Source: Chiloscyllium plagiosum (lineage: Eukaryota). Taken from it: a stretch of DNA of 64,000 nucleotides. The stretch is taken from NCBI RefSeq assembly GCF_004010195.1, contig NC_057750.1, positions 10,690,047-10,754,046 on the forward strand, written 5' to 3'. Below are positions 48,069 through 62,089 of the stretch, in pieces. Made by a program: the position numbers and the translations under genes. Below the pieces are notes generated by a model. It saw only the letters and a program-made list of their open reading frames with translations. It did no database searches and was not told the DNA's origin. How positions within the stretch are numbered: position 1 is the first letter of the stretch; each line of letters starts with the position of its first letter.

Positions 48069-48444
48069 CAGGTGCATTAAAGGTCATAAACAGATCTTCA
48101 CTTACGTCTTGGCATTAGGCCCCTGCCAACTGTGGGGGAGGAAGTTCTAAGTGGGAAAGCATAAAGGCCGAACAAATGGATGGCCTTTAGTTTTAGATCT
48201 GCCCACTCCTCCAGGTTTTTAGAATAACACCCAACAATGAGGAAGAAATGACATTGGAGATAGTGAGGACTGCAGATGCTGGAAAGTCAGACTCAATAAA
48301 GTGTGGAGCTGGAAAAAGCATTGCTGGTCAAACAGCATCAGAGGAGCATTGGGAGTCAACATTTCAGGTTGGGACCTTTCATCATCAAGACTGGGGCCTG
48401 ACACTGGGCCATAAGAGGAAATCATTTTATTTTCAATGTACCCG

Positions 48445-48743
48445 TAGATTAGATTAGATACAGTGTAGAAACAGGCCCATCGGCCCAACAAGTCCACACC
48501 GACCCGCCGAAGCGCAACCCACCCACACCCCATCCTCCTACATTTACCCCTTCACCTAACACTATGGGCAATTTAGCTTGGCCAATTCACCTAACCTGCA
48601 CATTTTTGGACTGTGGGAGGAAACCGGAGCACCCGGAGGAAACCCATGCAGACACGGGGAGAATGTGCAAACTCCACACAGTCGCCTGAGGCGGGAATTG
48701 AACCCAGGTCTCTGGCGCTGTGAGGCAGCAGTGCTAACCACCG
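48445..48743 (-). mobile_element. HE1 SINE, young
   Basis: CpG-retaining copy with tagattagattaga tail. Confidence 0.93.
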
Positions 48744-49719
48744 TAAAATCTCTCTTCCTTGCAGTTCTTCAAAGGACATTGAGTAGAGCCTGCACGTTTT
48801 AACCAGGGAGGCTGTTGTTTTACAATATCAGATAGCACTGACTGACCATGAGACTCTCCCTCTCTTCCTGCCTACCATGAGTTTATTGGAAGGATTTACA
48901 GATTGAGAATCGGCCTGTTTGACACGTTATGAATACACTTTCCCTTAAGTCCTAAAATGGGACTTGAACACAGAACTTCCAGCCCATAAATGCAGGGTTA
49001 CTACCTTCTGTACCTCAAGACCTCCCTTACAACTGTAGAAAATATTCACTGAAAAGTTGTTTAAACAGCTGACAAGAATCAGGCAGCATCATGTCTTATC
49101 GATGTAAAGTTGATTGAAGTGAAAATCTTTGTTTTCAATATATCAGAATTAAGAACGAAGCTCTCTCTCTAGCTTTTATTTTACAGTGTGTGGGCTGTTT
49201 CCTTTGTAAATGCAAGAGCTGTTTGCTATAAAATTTGATGGATAGGTCTGGCTGTGGGAATGCTGAAGGGAGAACGCAATCTCTTTGCCAGGACTGGGAA
49301 ATGGACTGAAAGGATGTGGATGGGGACTAGAGGCCGAGAGTTTATTCTGCGTGGGTTAAATGTGAGGGAGGGGTTCAGTGAGAGCTAAAGGCACCAGTCC
49401 AAAGTGTCTGGGTCACCGGCATGATAGAGCCAACCAGACAGAGCTCGGTGGGTGGTATCTGACAGATAGAAAGCGTTAATGGAAAAAGGAATGCAAGTAA
49501 AATGCACCCATCCCCTCATTCATCCCATCCCACTGGTGTGTATGTCTTGGCCTCTCAAAAGCTCTGATAATATGGGGAGGCCTTCACCACAAATCCAGCT
49601 GTTGCTTTTAGCTCTGTTCTGACATAAATAAATTTTTAAAAATCCTCGTATGGCTCAGGCCACACTAGAGAATTCACAGTGTTTGTCTCACCAAGCAGCT
49701 GCTTAAGTAATCCTTCCTA

Positions 49720-50280
49720 ACAGAGGGAGTGCAGTGGAGGTTCACCAGGCTGATACCGGAGATGGCTGGACTGTTCTAAGAGGGGAGATTGGTTTGACTA
49801 GGCTTGTATTCACTTGAGCTTAGAAGGATGAGAGGGGAATCTGACTATTACATGTAAAATTCTAACAGGCTTGGATGCAGAACAAACGTTTCCCCTGGTT
49901 GGGGAGTCTAGAACCAAAGGAAGCAGTCTCAGGATTTGGAATTGGTCATTTAAGACTGAGATGAGGAAAACGTTCTTCACTCATAAGAGAGTGAACCTGT
50001 GGAATTCTCCACCACAGAAAGCTGTGGAAGCCAAGTCACTGAACATATTCAAGAAAAAAGATACACTTTTAGGCTTTACAGGTGTCAAAGGGGTATGGAG
50101 AGAAAGTTGGAATATGACATTGAGATAGAGAACTGGCCACATTAAATGGTAGAGCTGATCCGATGGGCTGAATGGCCTCATCATGCTCCTTTGTCTATGG
50201 TGTTGAGATAGAGAATTAGCCATGATCATTCTGAAGGGCAGAGTAGGCTTGAAGGGCCGAATGGCTGACTCCTGCTCCAA
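49720..50280 (+). mobile_element. Older CR1-family 3' fragment
   Basis: FPLVGESRTKG...FFTHKRVNLWNSPPQKAVEA. Confidence 0.8.
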
Positions 50281-51544
50281 GCTTCTGCAAACATTTAAAG
50301 GGCTTGCATTCATATAGCCTCTTTCACTGGTTTAATAACTTGCATTTAGATTGTGTTTTAACATCTTAGAAGGAAAACCTAGTAGTACTGTCTCCAGTGG
50401 AAAGCCAGTATATTACGGTATTTCACACTGAGCCCCACAACCTCTACCATCCAGAGGAAGGGCAGCAGATGCATGGAACACCAGCACCTACAATTTCCCT
50501 TTCAAATCACTCACCACCCTGACTTGGAATTATTTCGCAGTTCCTTCAGTGTCACTGGAATTCCTTCCCTAAAAGCATTGAGGGTCTACCTACATCAAAT
50601 AGACATCAGCAGTTCAAGAAGGCAGTTCACTCCCACCTTCTCCAGGGCAATTAGGGAACAAGTGCTAGCCCAGCCAGTGATTCCAACCTTATGCAAGAGA
50701 GTAAAGATATTAGAATCAAAAGCTTGGTTGCAGTGGTAAGTTTTAAGGAGCATACTAAAGAGAGATATATGAAAATGGGGACGAAGGGGATGAGGGGAGG
50801 GGGAGGGGTTGATTTTCAATGTTGGGAGCCCAGACAGCCGCTGGTTGTGGAGAGATAGAAATCTAGAGGCCAGAATTACAGGATAGTGAGGATGGACAAA
50901 ATTACAGAGATAGAGAATTTCAGTATATTGCAAAGCTGTTTACAAAAAAATGAAGTCACTGTTGTAATGCAGGAAATTGTTGACACACAATTTTCTGAAC
51001 AGCAAATTCTCACAAATAGCAATGAGATCATCTGTTTTTACCAATTCTGGTTCACAGAATCACAGAATTGTTATGGTGCAGATAGAGGCCATTCGGCCCA
51101 CCCTGTCTGCACTGGCTGTCCAAATAAGCAATTCCTTAGTGCTATCTCCCACCTTCGCTCCGAAATCCTGCACATTCTTTCTTTGCGGATATCAGTCGAA
51201 TTCTCTGTTGACTGTTTCAATTGAATCTAACTCCCCCACATTCTCAAGCAGTGCATTTCACACCCTAAATGCTTGCTGCATGGAAACTGTTTTACTTAGT
51301 TCACTTTTTTGCCAATTACTTTAAATTTGTGCCCTCTCACTCTCAATCCTCATTTGAATGGGAATGGTTTCTCCTTTTTCTATTCTGTCCAGACACCTTG
51401 TGAGTAGCTCGATGAAATATCCTCTCCTCTCCAAAGTAAAGAGTCAAACATAGAGAATCACAGAATTATAGAGATGTACAGCATGGAAATAGATCCTTAG
51501 GTCCAACTTGTTCAGGCCGATTGGATATCCTAAATTAATTTACT

Positions 51545-52432
51545 CAATATGAACATAGGAGGTGTGGTTAGTAAGTTTGCAGATGACACCAAAATTGGAG
51601 GTATCGTGGATAGTGAAGAAGGTTACCTCAGATTACAGCAGAGTCTTGATCATATCGGCCAATGGGTTGGAGTGGTAGATGGAGTTCAATTTAGATAAAT
51701 GCGCGATGCTGCATTTTGCAAAGGCAAATCGAGGCAGGATTTATACACTTAATAGTAAAGTCCTGAGGAATGTTGCTGAACAAAGAGACCTTGGAGTGCA
51801 GCTTCATAGTTCCTTGAAAGTAGAGTCACAGGTCAATAGGATAGTGAAGAAGGTGTTTGCTATGCTTGCCTTTATTGGTCAGTGCATTGAGTATAGGAGT
51901 TGGGAGGTCATGTAGTGGCTGTACGGGACATTGATTAGGCCACTATTGGAATACCATGTACAATTTAGGTCTCCCTGCTTTGGGAAAGATGTTGTGAAAC
52001 TTGACAGGGTTCAGAAAAGATTTACAAGGATGTTGCCAGGGTTTGAGCTATAAGGAGAGGCTGAATAGACAGGGACTTTTTCTCTCGAGTGTCAGAAGTT
52101 TTAGTGGTTTACAAAATCATGAGGGGTATGGATAGTGTAAATAGACAAGGTCCTTTCCCCATGGTTGGGGGAGTCCAAAACTAGAGGTTTAAGGTGAGAG
52201 GGGCAAGATTTAAAAGAGGCCTAAGAGACAAATTTTTCACACAGAGAGTGGCATGTGTATGGAATGAGCTGCAAGAAGAATTGGTGGAGATTGGTACATG
52301 AATAGGTATATGAATAGGAAAGCTTTCGAGGGATATGGACCAAATGCTGGCATATGACACTAGATTTGTTTGGGATATCTGGTCAGCATGGACAAGTTGG
52401 ACTAAAGGGTCTGTTTCTGTGCTGTATATCTC
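51545..52432 (+). mobile_element. CR1/HER1 fragment inserted into an oppositely oriented CR1
   Basis: SKFADDTKIGG...MEFNLDKC through the 3' UTR. Confidence 0.92.
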
Positions 52433-52443
52433 GAGAAGTATGG

Positions 52444-53135
52444 CTAGTCCCATTTGCCCGCATTTGGCCCATATCCCTCTAAACCCTTCCTATTTATATA
52501 CCCATCCAGATGCCTTTAAATGTTGTAATTGTACCAGCCTCCATCACTTCCTCTGGCAGCTCATTCCATGCATGCACCACCCTCTGCGTGAAAAAATTGC
52601 CCCTTAAGTCCCTTTTAAATATCACCTTAAACCTATGCCCTCTGGATTTGGACTACCCTATCCTGGGGAAAAGACTTTGGCTATTCACCATGTCCATGCC
52701 CCTCATGATTTTATAAACCTCTATAAGGTCTCCCTTCAGCCTCTGATACTCCAGGGAAAACAGCCCCAGCCTATTCAGCCTGTCCCTGTAGCCCATCCCT
52801 CCAACCCTGGCAATATCCTTATGAATCTTTTCTGAACCCTTTCAAGTTTCAAAAACATCTTTCCTATAGCAGGGAGACCAGAAATGAATACAGTATTCCA
52901 AAAGTGGTTAACCAACGTCCCATACAGCCACAACATGACCTCCCAACTCCTATACTCGATGGACTGACAAATAAAGGTAATCGTATCAAATACCTTCTTC
53001 ATTACACTGTCAACCTGTGATTCCACTTTCATGGAACTATGAACTTGCACCTTAAGGTCTCTTTGTTTGGCAGCATTCCCAGGACCTTACCATCAAGTGT
53101 ACAAGTGCTGCTCTAATTTGCCTTGCCAAAATGCA
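52444..53135 (-). mobile_element. CR1/HER1 fragment whose 3' tip lies at ~51450-51540
   Basis: gatatcctaaattaat (ending ~51539) joins ctagtcccatttgcc (52444), matching the order in other copies. Confidence 0.9.
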
Positions 53136-53339
53136 TAATTTATCTTCGTAACTGAAGTCCCTCATCCCAGGAATTATTCTTGTGATTTTTTTTCTGCACC
53201 ATTTCTAATACATTCATGCCCTTCTTAAGGGGTATTGCCCAGAACTGGACTTATTTAAAGCTTAATTAGTGTTTAATACAAGTTTTTTTTTGATTGGACC
53301 CACATTTTAACCAAATGTTTCCCATTTACATGCCTTTGC

Positions 53340-54525
53340 TTCAGAGTGGACTACCTCACTTTTAAACATAATGTAAAATTCTGGCCACTCATCTTGAAAG
53401 GTTCTTTTACATCAATATTGTTTATAAGTCTTTTATCATTAGAGAATACTAAAGCTAAAATAGTACTTCCTATAGTCTCTTCAACATGCTGATCTCGAAT
53501 GACGTGGTGGTCTTTTGGCCCAGCATGACAGTCTTTTGGCCTGGCGTGGTGGTTCCCCACCCAGCGTGGTAGTCTCTTGGCCCAGCACGGCGCTCTCAGC
53601 CTGGTGTGGATGTCTCTTAGTGGCACATGGCATCTCTCAGCCAGGAATTGTGATCTTTTGGTGGCTTGTGGTGGTCTTTTGGCCTGGTGTGGCCTCAGCA
53701 TGGACGTTTGGCCTTATTATGATTCCAGAGCGGTCTCCTGGCCTCAAGAGCCTTGAGCTGAAGCCTGGAGTGGTCTGGAGTCAAGGCGCCAGTGTGGACT
53801 GGGTTGGAAGGATTGTTATCCTGAATGTTTTATTTCTCTATATTCTAATTTTTCCTGTGATCTGTAGTGCTGGACTTTTTATTTCTTTATTTTTCTGATT
53901 TTTTTCCCCGAAGAATTCGTACTGAAGAATCTGTACCTAGGTACCTTGCACCTAAGATGCGCCATTAATGGCGACTTGTAAAATTTTTACCGTACTCTTT
54001 TGTGTACATGTGACAATAAAGCCAATTCTATTCAATAGAGAACCATCTCGAACACATTGCAGAAACTTATCCTGTACAGTGTTGATGCTCAATTGGTTAA
54101 CTGAGTTTATATGCAGATTGAAGCTGCCCATAATAAATAACTGTTGCCCACGATACATGCTTCTCTCATCTCCTGATTAATACCATGCCTTGTACTACCA
54201 CAACTATTTGGTGGACTATAAATAATTTCAACTAAAGTCTGCTGCCCCTTGCTGTTTCTTAGTTCCACACAAATTTCACATAGTGTTCTTCTAATCTGTG
54301 ATCCTCCCTTCCAAATGTACTGGTCTCATGCTTTATTATCAGTGAAACTCCATCTGCTTTTCCTTCTTCTCAGTCCTTCCTGAACCTCAAATATCTTTGA
54401 ATATTCTGTTCCCAGCCCTGGTCACCATGCAGCCATATTTCTGTCGTAGCAATTAGATCACACCTATGTATCTCTATTTGTGTTTTTAGATCGTCTACTT
54501 TGTTGTAAATGCTATCTGTATTCTG
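53340..54525 (-). mobile_element. Old CR1 endonuclease-domain fragment, split by the 53496-54036 insertion
   Basis: SIYNKVDDL...DLIATTEIWL...FRKD, IMGSFNL, KFLQCVRDG. Confidence 0.8.
53496..54036 (+). mobile_element. Putative non-autonomous non-LTR element with internal ~23-25 nt tandem repeats
   Basis: gtggtggtcttttggcc-like repeats at 53504-53700; 3' tail gtacatgtgacaataaagccaattctattcaat; the host CR1 resumes in register. Confidence 0.65.
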
Positions 54526-54984
54526 GAAGAGTGCACTTGGTCTGCCTGTGGGACCAACATATCTATCCCTTTTTGATGTTCTATCCAATATTTACTAGAA
54601 GGTTTTGAAGAACTGCCTTCCAAGTAATACTGGGAACCTTTACATCAGAAGTGTGTTTACTCCTGAGCTCAATCGATGTTTTCCCCATTATGTTACAGGG
54701 GAATCAGCCCTGTTGGTAACTGATAGCAAAGGTTCATTCCAGTTCCTCAGTCACCATGGCTCTCAACAGGCAACAATTATTTTTAAATTCAATGTTAGCA
54801 GTTTCTCAGAGACTGAGACAATAGGACATAAACAAAACAATGAAGCAGTGAGTTTATAATTAAAATGTTCATCATGCCTGAAGTAATCACAGTTAGTCAA
54901 GAGAATGAATTGGTACAGAAATCAAACACTGGCAGAATTTGTTTTAGGAGTATATATAACTTACTCTGAAAAAAAAAGTCAAAT

Positions 54985-55612
54985 CCCTTGATTAGATTAC
55001 AGGTTGTGACCACTCCTGGGCATCTGTTATTCTAAATAAAACCACCTCGATCATCTCGATTAGATTCCAGTATGTGTTATTCTAAATATATTTATCCTGA
55101 ACCGCTTGACTAGATTTCGGTCTGCAACTCACCCCCGGGTATCTGTTATTCTATGTATAAACTACCCCGAACCCCTTGAGTAGATTCCAGTCTGTCATTC
55201 ACTCCCGGTTATTTGTTATTCTATATATAAACACCCCAAATCCCTCAATTAGATTCCAGTTTGTAACTCACCCCCACATGTCTGTTATTCTATATATACA
55301 TCCCCTGAACCCCTCAATTATATTCCAAACTGTAACTCACTCATGGATATGTTATTTTGTTCATAAACACCCCAAGCCCCTTGATTAGATTTTGGTATGT
55401 AAATCACTCCCGGGTATCTGTTATTCTGTTTATAAACACCCCAAGCCCCTCGATTAGATTTTGGTCTATAACTCACTCCTGGATATCCGTTATTCTGTTT
55501 ATAAACACTCTGAGTCCCTCAATTAGACTTCGGTCTGTAACTCATTCCCGGGTATCTGTTATTCCATTTATAAACACCTCCCCGAGTCCTTCAATTACAT
55601 TTCAGTCTGTAA
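54985..55612 (+). repeat. Minisatellite, ~64 nt unit (ccctcgattagattccagtctgtaactcactcccgggtatctgttattctatatataaac-like)
   Basis: About 9-10 tandem copies visible. Confidence 0.95.
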
Positions 55613-56379
55613 TTTTCAATGGTATATGTCAGGCTCACTAGCCAGTTCATTCATTTGGATTCCAATTTGTAATCCTAAAAATGACAGACCATGACTGATT
55701 TCCACTTTTTGGATAGCAATACATATTGTGGTTTCTATAACTGACTATTCTGAATCACAAGGTCTACAGTCAAATGGCTATTTGAAGATTCTATTCACAT
55801 TGGGTTGAGGCAGTCATTGGCTAGGCTGAAGGGCTGCTATGTTGCTGTAAACATTCTGTGACCCTTTTCAAGGGATGACCCATCAGAGTTCAGTCTTGAC
55901 TCATGACTGAAACAGATGGTCTCTCTCAAAGTGAGAGTATTGCAGTGAGATGGTACCACAAACCCCTCAACTGAACTTTTCTCCTTTGTTCTTTCCATTT
56001 TCCTGATACAAAATTCCATGAGCACTCTCCCTCTCTCTCTCCTACACCACCACCCCTGTATCCTCAAACCAAGACTTTATTAGTTTCAGGTCTGTTCATG
56101 CCAAAAGAATACATTAGTTCCCTTAAAACTATTCAAAAGGCACCAGATTGAATGTTTCCAGACTCATGTGTATTCCTAAAACAACATTACTAGAAGTTCC
56201 AGATATGGTCATCACTGTTTGTGGGATCTTGCTGTGTGGTGTCATCTGCCATTATGTTTGCCACATTTAGTTTGCTCCTTCACAACTGTGAGCATTATTC
56301 ACAAGGCCAGTATTTATTTCCCATCCCTGACTGTTATGTTGGGATCAATGTAATATTTAATATTGGTGCTAATAATTTA

Positions 56380-57210
56380 TGTATGCGTGTGTGTGCCTAT
56401 CTGTGTACATCTCTGTGTATCTTCCATCTGTCTGTGAGTCCACATGAATCTCATCCATGCTTCTGTGTGTCCTATCTATGTTTCTGTGTATATCTCTCTC
56501 TGTGCTTATATGTATATGCATGTACATATACCTAATTGCTTCTGTTTCTTTGTCTGCACATGCTTGTAGGCATATGCGTCCATATCTGTGCCCATATGTA
56601 TTTCTGTAAGTCTGTTTGTCTGCATGTGCGCATCTGTCTGCATGTATGTGTGTGTTTGCATGTATTCATCTATCTGACTGTGTCTCCACGTGTGGTGTGT
56701 ATATCTGCTTGTATATGACTGACTGCTAAAGTAGTGTGGGTGTATCTGTGCATCAGTACCTCCATGCATTCTGTCTGTGTGAATGTCTGTGTGTGTGTGA
56801 GACTGTGTGACAGTGTGAATGTTTGTGATTGTCTCTGGGTGTGGCTGCATGTGTTCTGTGTGTGTGTATTTATGAGTCACATGTATGTAATTGTCCTGTG
56901 TGTGTCTACATGTATGGTGTGTCTGTCTGCATGTGACCGTGTGTATGTGACACTCTGTGTGACTGTGTGTCTGCTTGTATGTGGATCTGAGTGTGTGTGT
57001 GTGTTTGCCTGCATGCATGAGTCTATGTGTATGTGACAGTCAGTGTGCTTGTGTCTGTCTCTATGTGTGTGACTGTGAGTGTGTCTGCCTAGATGTACGT
57101 GTGTGTGTGATTGTGTGTCTGTATAGGTGTGTGTGTGTATCTCTGTGTGTGTGTAAGGCTGAGTGCATGTGACTGTGTTTGTCTGCTGTCTATGACTGTG
57201 TGTGTGTGCA
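56380..57210. repeat. Degenerate (TG)-rich low-complexity tract
   Basis: TG/TC/TA dinucleotide mosaic; gives spurious Cys/Val and His/Thr ORFs. Confidence 0.92.
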
Positions 57211-58354
57211 GTTCTCTCGAATCTGGTTGTGATCACTTTTCTGTAATACCAGAAGTTGTTCTCATGACTTATTCCAAAATACCAAATATAGAATCAGGCT
57301 GATCCTGAACCAGGCTGCTTACAGGTAGCCTGAAGTCACAGGTTTGGTACGTTTTTGATTTGTTTATGCAATTCCAGTCTCACAGAGCTCAGATACTGAG
57401 TCACATATGGAATTATGATCACAGCAATGAGCTCACCGTCTGATCAATGGCCGAGGGTAGCCTCATTGGAATGTCAAAAACAACTGATCACACAGACATA
57501 TCTACTTCAGATTAATTATCAATGGAACAGTTATGTTGTCATGGGGACAAGCCCATTTTTCTGCCAGGTGTCTGAGCAGTTAAAGACCTGGGGGTAGACA
57601 TTCAAATCGAAAGGTTAACTCCATCAGGGAAGATCAGACATCCTTTAAAATGATGGATGATCCAACAGAGGTCTTTAAGATGATGAAAAGATTTTGCTGG
57701 GTAGAAAGGGAGAAGGCATTTCCATTTGTGGGTGAGACCAAAGTTAGAGGGTCATAAATATAAGATAGTCACCAATAAACCCAATTAGGAATTCAGCTGC
57801 ATTCACCAGAGGAATGGTTAGAATGTGGAACTCACTCCTACAGTAGTTAGTGAGTAGCTCAAAAGAGAATTGGTTGAACATGTAAGCAAGTAAGGAATAC
57901 AAGGAAATCTTGATGAAGTTAGATCAGTGCTTTCCAATCTTTTCCTATAGTGACCCGATTTTGAGGCTTGAAAATTGTCTTGACCCTTCAGAGAGGACTG
58001 AGAGAGTTGAAATGGGGTGGGGGTTTGGAGTTGTATTAAAACAGGAGCATAGTTGCTATACCATGGTCAGAGCTCCACCATTGGCATTAATGTCTCTTAG
58101 CTTTGAATTGCACACAGGACTCTGACCACCATTCCCCCATCCTAGCAACAGGAACTCCATGGTCAAATAAAGAACGGCGGCAGGAGGGTCAAGCAGTGAT
58201 AAATATAAAGCAAACACTAAGAAGAGACCTTGGCATTCGATCTGCTTCCTTCAAAATACAGAGCTGTTGTCTTGCCCAAGTCCTATTGACATCATCGTAA
58301 AGGGTAGAGCTTAATTCACTCCGTAGCATTAACCCTTTCAGAACTGAACACCTT

Positions 58355-58675
58355 TTTTTAAAATTCACTCATGGGATGAGGGTATCACGAGCTCGGCCAG
58401 CATTTATTGCTCATCCCTAATCGCCCAAAGGGCATTTAACATCAACCACATTGCTGTGTGTTTGGAGTCATGTGTAAACCAGAACAGGTAAGAACAACAG
58501 AATTCCTTCGCTAAGGATGGGTTTTTACCAGTTGTCAGGTCAGCATGAGGCTAACTTTAAATTACGGATTAACATTGATTCAAATCTGCCATGATGGGAT
58601 TCAAATCCCTGTCCCCAAAGCATTAGCTTGAGGTTCTGGATTACCAGGCCAATTATATTACCATTAAACCACCCC
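58355..58675 (-). mobile_element. tRNA-derived SINE (second family)
   Basis: Reverse complement of the 19140 family; further copies at ~61180-61450 and ~61485-61850. Confidence 0.75.
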
Positions 58676-58914
58676 AACAAAGTCCTATTCCAGGGACCTG
58701 AGCATGAAATTCAGGCTGAGTGCTGTACTTGAGGGTATGCTACAGGGACAGTGTTTGGAGAAGTACTTGTCTGTTATGACCTCAGGTGTAGCTGCTTTCA
58801 GTTTCAACTGAGAGAAGCCTTTAAATCATGTCTTCAGGTGAACACAAAAGCATCCCACAATATAGCAAAGAATAGTAAGGTCTTCCTGGTGTTTTAGCCA
58901 TTGTTGCTTGTGAG

Positions 58915-59726
58915 GTCTTGATCCATTGGGCCAATGGGCTGAGAAGTGGCAGATGGAGTTTAATTTGGATAAATACAAGGTAATGCATTTTGGTAAAACA
59001 AACAATTAATGATAGGACCCTGGGTAGTGTTGCCGAACAGAGAGACCTATGGGTTCAAGTACATAGTTTCTTGAAAGTTGCGTTGCAGGTAGACAGGGTG
59101 GTTAAGAAGATATTTAGCATGCTTGCCTTCATTGCTCAGACCATTGAGTATAGGAAGTGGGACATTATGTTGAGGTTGTACAGGACATTGGTGAGGCCAC
59201 TCTTGGAGTGCTGTGTACTCGCGCTGCAATAGGAAGGATATTATTAAATTGGAGAGGGTTCAGAAAAGGATTTACCATGATGTTGTGGGAACTGGAGGGT
59301 TTGAGTTATTAGGATAGACTGGGACTTTTTTCATTACAGTGTAGGAGGTTGAGGGATGACTTTATAGAGGTTTATAAAATCATGAGGGACTTGGATTAGG
59401 TGAATGACAAAGGTCTTTTCCCTAGGGTAGGTGAGTTCAAAACTAAAGGGCATATTCTTAAGGTGAATGGAGAAAAATTTAAAAAGGGACCTGAGGGTCA
59501 ACCTTTTCATACAGAGGGTGGCTGGGATGTGGCATTAACTGCCAGAGGAAGTGGTGGATGCAGGTACAGTCACAACATTTAAAAGACATTTGAACAGGTA
59601 CATGAATAGCAAAGATTTAGAGGGATCTGGGCCAAGCACAGGCAAATGGGACTAGTTTGGTTTGGGAAACTTGGTCAGCATGGATTAGTTGGACCAAAGG
59701 GTCGGTTTCGGTATTATATGACTCTA
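58915..59726 (+). mobile_element. CR1/HER1 3' fragment
   Basis: EQRDLWVQVH...LYRTLVRPLLECC through the 3' UTR. Confidence 0.9.
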
Positions 59727-60426
59727 GGGGTGATGTGATTCCTACCTGACAGCAAATATCACAGAATTATTACTGGGGGTCAACAAAAACCATTCAACCC
59801 ATCATATATGCGTACTCTCTTCAAATAAGCATTCACTTAGCCTTCTCCTGCCTTCCGCATATGTTCCTTTTCAAACAACTTCCTCATTCCCTTTTCAAAA
59901 GGCTTGACTGATCCTGCTCCACCTTATACTCGGGCAGAGCATTTCAACCCTAACCACTTGCTGCTTGAAAACAATTTACCTCACCTTGTCTTTGCTTCTT
60001 TTACAAATCACTTTAAATCTGAGCCCTCTCATTTTTATTCTTCTCGAGAATGGGCGTGTTTTCTCTTTACGAATGTTGTCAAAACTGACTTTTCGTGATT
60101 CTAAACATCTCAATCTAGTTTTCCTTCAGCCATCTCTTCTCCAAAAGAAACTCTGCTTCTCTAATCTATCTTGTTAATTGAAATTCATTATCCCTGGAAA
60201 TATAGTGATTCTTATTTAAGAGTAGTGTATAATTTCAACAGACAGAGGCCCAAAGATAATTTATTCCTCTGGCATCAGGTCTTTCCAAACACAAATAGAA
60301 ATTAAGGTTAAAACTAAGGAACAAACCATATACATTGAATTAAGCCCGTCATTCTCATCTTTTTGCATCCTCTTTTTGACAGATACCATTTCCTCCAGAT
60401 AGAATCTCTTGACGACCCTCCATCAC

Positions 60427-60446
60427 CATCGCCACCTGCTGGTGGC
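60427..60446 (-). promoter_or_regulatory. CTCF-binding motif
   Basis: Minus strand CCAGCAGGTGGCG fits CCASYAGRKGGCR exactly, in non-repeat DNA. Confidence 0.6.
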
Positions 60447-62089
60447 CCAATTATACATGAAGGAATAGGCCTTTGACTTTGAGCCTGCCCACCCATTCAA
60501 TTCAGTCTGTATCTTGACCTTGTCAATCCATCTTTGGTCAATAACATTTATTGGCCAAACAAAACCTAATTGGCCTTACAGCCCTGGGAAGTGAAAGTGA
60601 GATGAAAATGTGTTGCCTAACCAACTTCATTGTTCATGGAATTCAGGAAGAGGAGGCAGGGAGTGGGAGCACGTGATGAGGAGATAGTTAAACACGCAAG
60701 ACTCCAGAAGACTGGTTAGGGTTGCCTGAGGTCAGAAAAACGGAAATCGAACTTCAAGTGTGTGTCTTCTTCAAAGGCTAAGCAAGAGAGGAAACAAGAT
60801 GTACAAAGTGATAAGCGATGAGTGCATAAATCTCTGATGTGTTGCTGAATCAGTGTCCCAGTAAAGTCCTGAATTAGCCACAGGCCTTTACCCATTAGTA
60901 AATACTGGCTTCTGAGACTGATTCAATGTTAAAGGTATAGGTCCCCATCTTGGTCTGGCTATCTCCCTCAGTGTTAAGCCTGATTTAACGTGGAGGAATT
61001 GGAGTTATGTCTTTAATCCTGAAGACATTTGATGCTCTGGAAAAACTAATTAGTTTTGAGGTTAGCCTCTTCTAGAGAAATGAGTTCTGAATGACAAACA
61101 TTGGCCAGAGTAGACCTGCAGACAAATTGCATATGGACCAGGATATGTGCCATCTGCATGTGTGCTTTTGGGCATTTATGTGGATGTGAATTCATTTACA
61201 GTATGTAACCATTGCTAGCTAAGCCAGCTTTATTGTCACATGTTGGCCAGACCAGAAATGGCAGTCTCTTTCCCTAAAGTAAATCAGACTCGGTTTGTTT
61301 CTCCCACTAACAATTGACTTTTAATTCTGGATTTTTATTTAATTCAAGTTCCACCATCTAACCATGACAAGATTCAAATCACGGTTCCCAGGACTTTCCC
61401 TAAATTTCTGGATTAATAGCCCAGCAATAATACTGCTAGGTCATTGACTCCTGTTGAACCCACACTAGTATTAATAATTAACTAATTTTTATAAAATTTA
61501 CTCATGGGATATGCATATTGCTGACTAGACCAGCATTTATTGCCCATCCCTAATTGCCCAGAGGGCAGTTAGGAGTCAAACACATTGCTGTGGGTCTGAG
61601 ATCACATGTAAGCCAGACCAGGTAAGAATGTCAAATTTCTTTCCCAAAAAGTCATTAGTGATGCAGATGGATTTTTACAACAATTAAGAATGGTTACATG
61701 CTGGTCATTAGTCCAACTCTCTATTCTAGATTTTATTGAATATCATTTTCACTATATGTCATTGGTGGCAATCAAATCCACGTTCCCAGAACACTGGCCC
61801 CAGGCTTTGGATTGCTAGCCCCGGGACATTACCAACTGCATCCACCACCTCCACCATTCTATTACAATCCTCCTTCCCAAGGACAATCCCATAGTGGAGA
61901 AGCTGCCAAAGGAAATAATTACTCACTAGAAACCTTCAAGATCCATCTTTAGATTATTCCCGTTTAAACATTTTCACTCTCAGAATGGCGACTGTAGTAG
62001 GTCACGCCTGGTTGAGTTAGTGTGACCCAGAAGAATGTTGATGGGATAAGGGTGTATGAGGAGGTGATTGTATTGTGCTTATGTCACTG

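Noticed and set aside
54985..55612. CRISPR-like regularly spaced repeats
   Set aside because: The whole unit repeats with no unique spacers, there are no cas genes, and the context is vertebrate.
56506..57302. His/Thr- and Cys/Val-rich ORFs
   Set aside because: Translations of TG low-complexity DNA.
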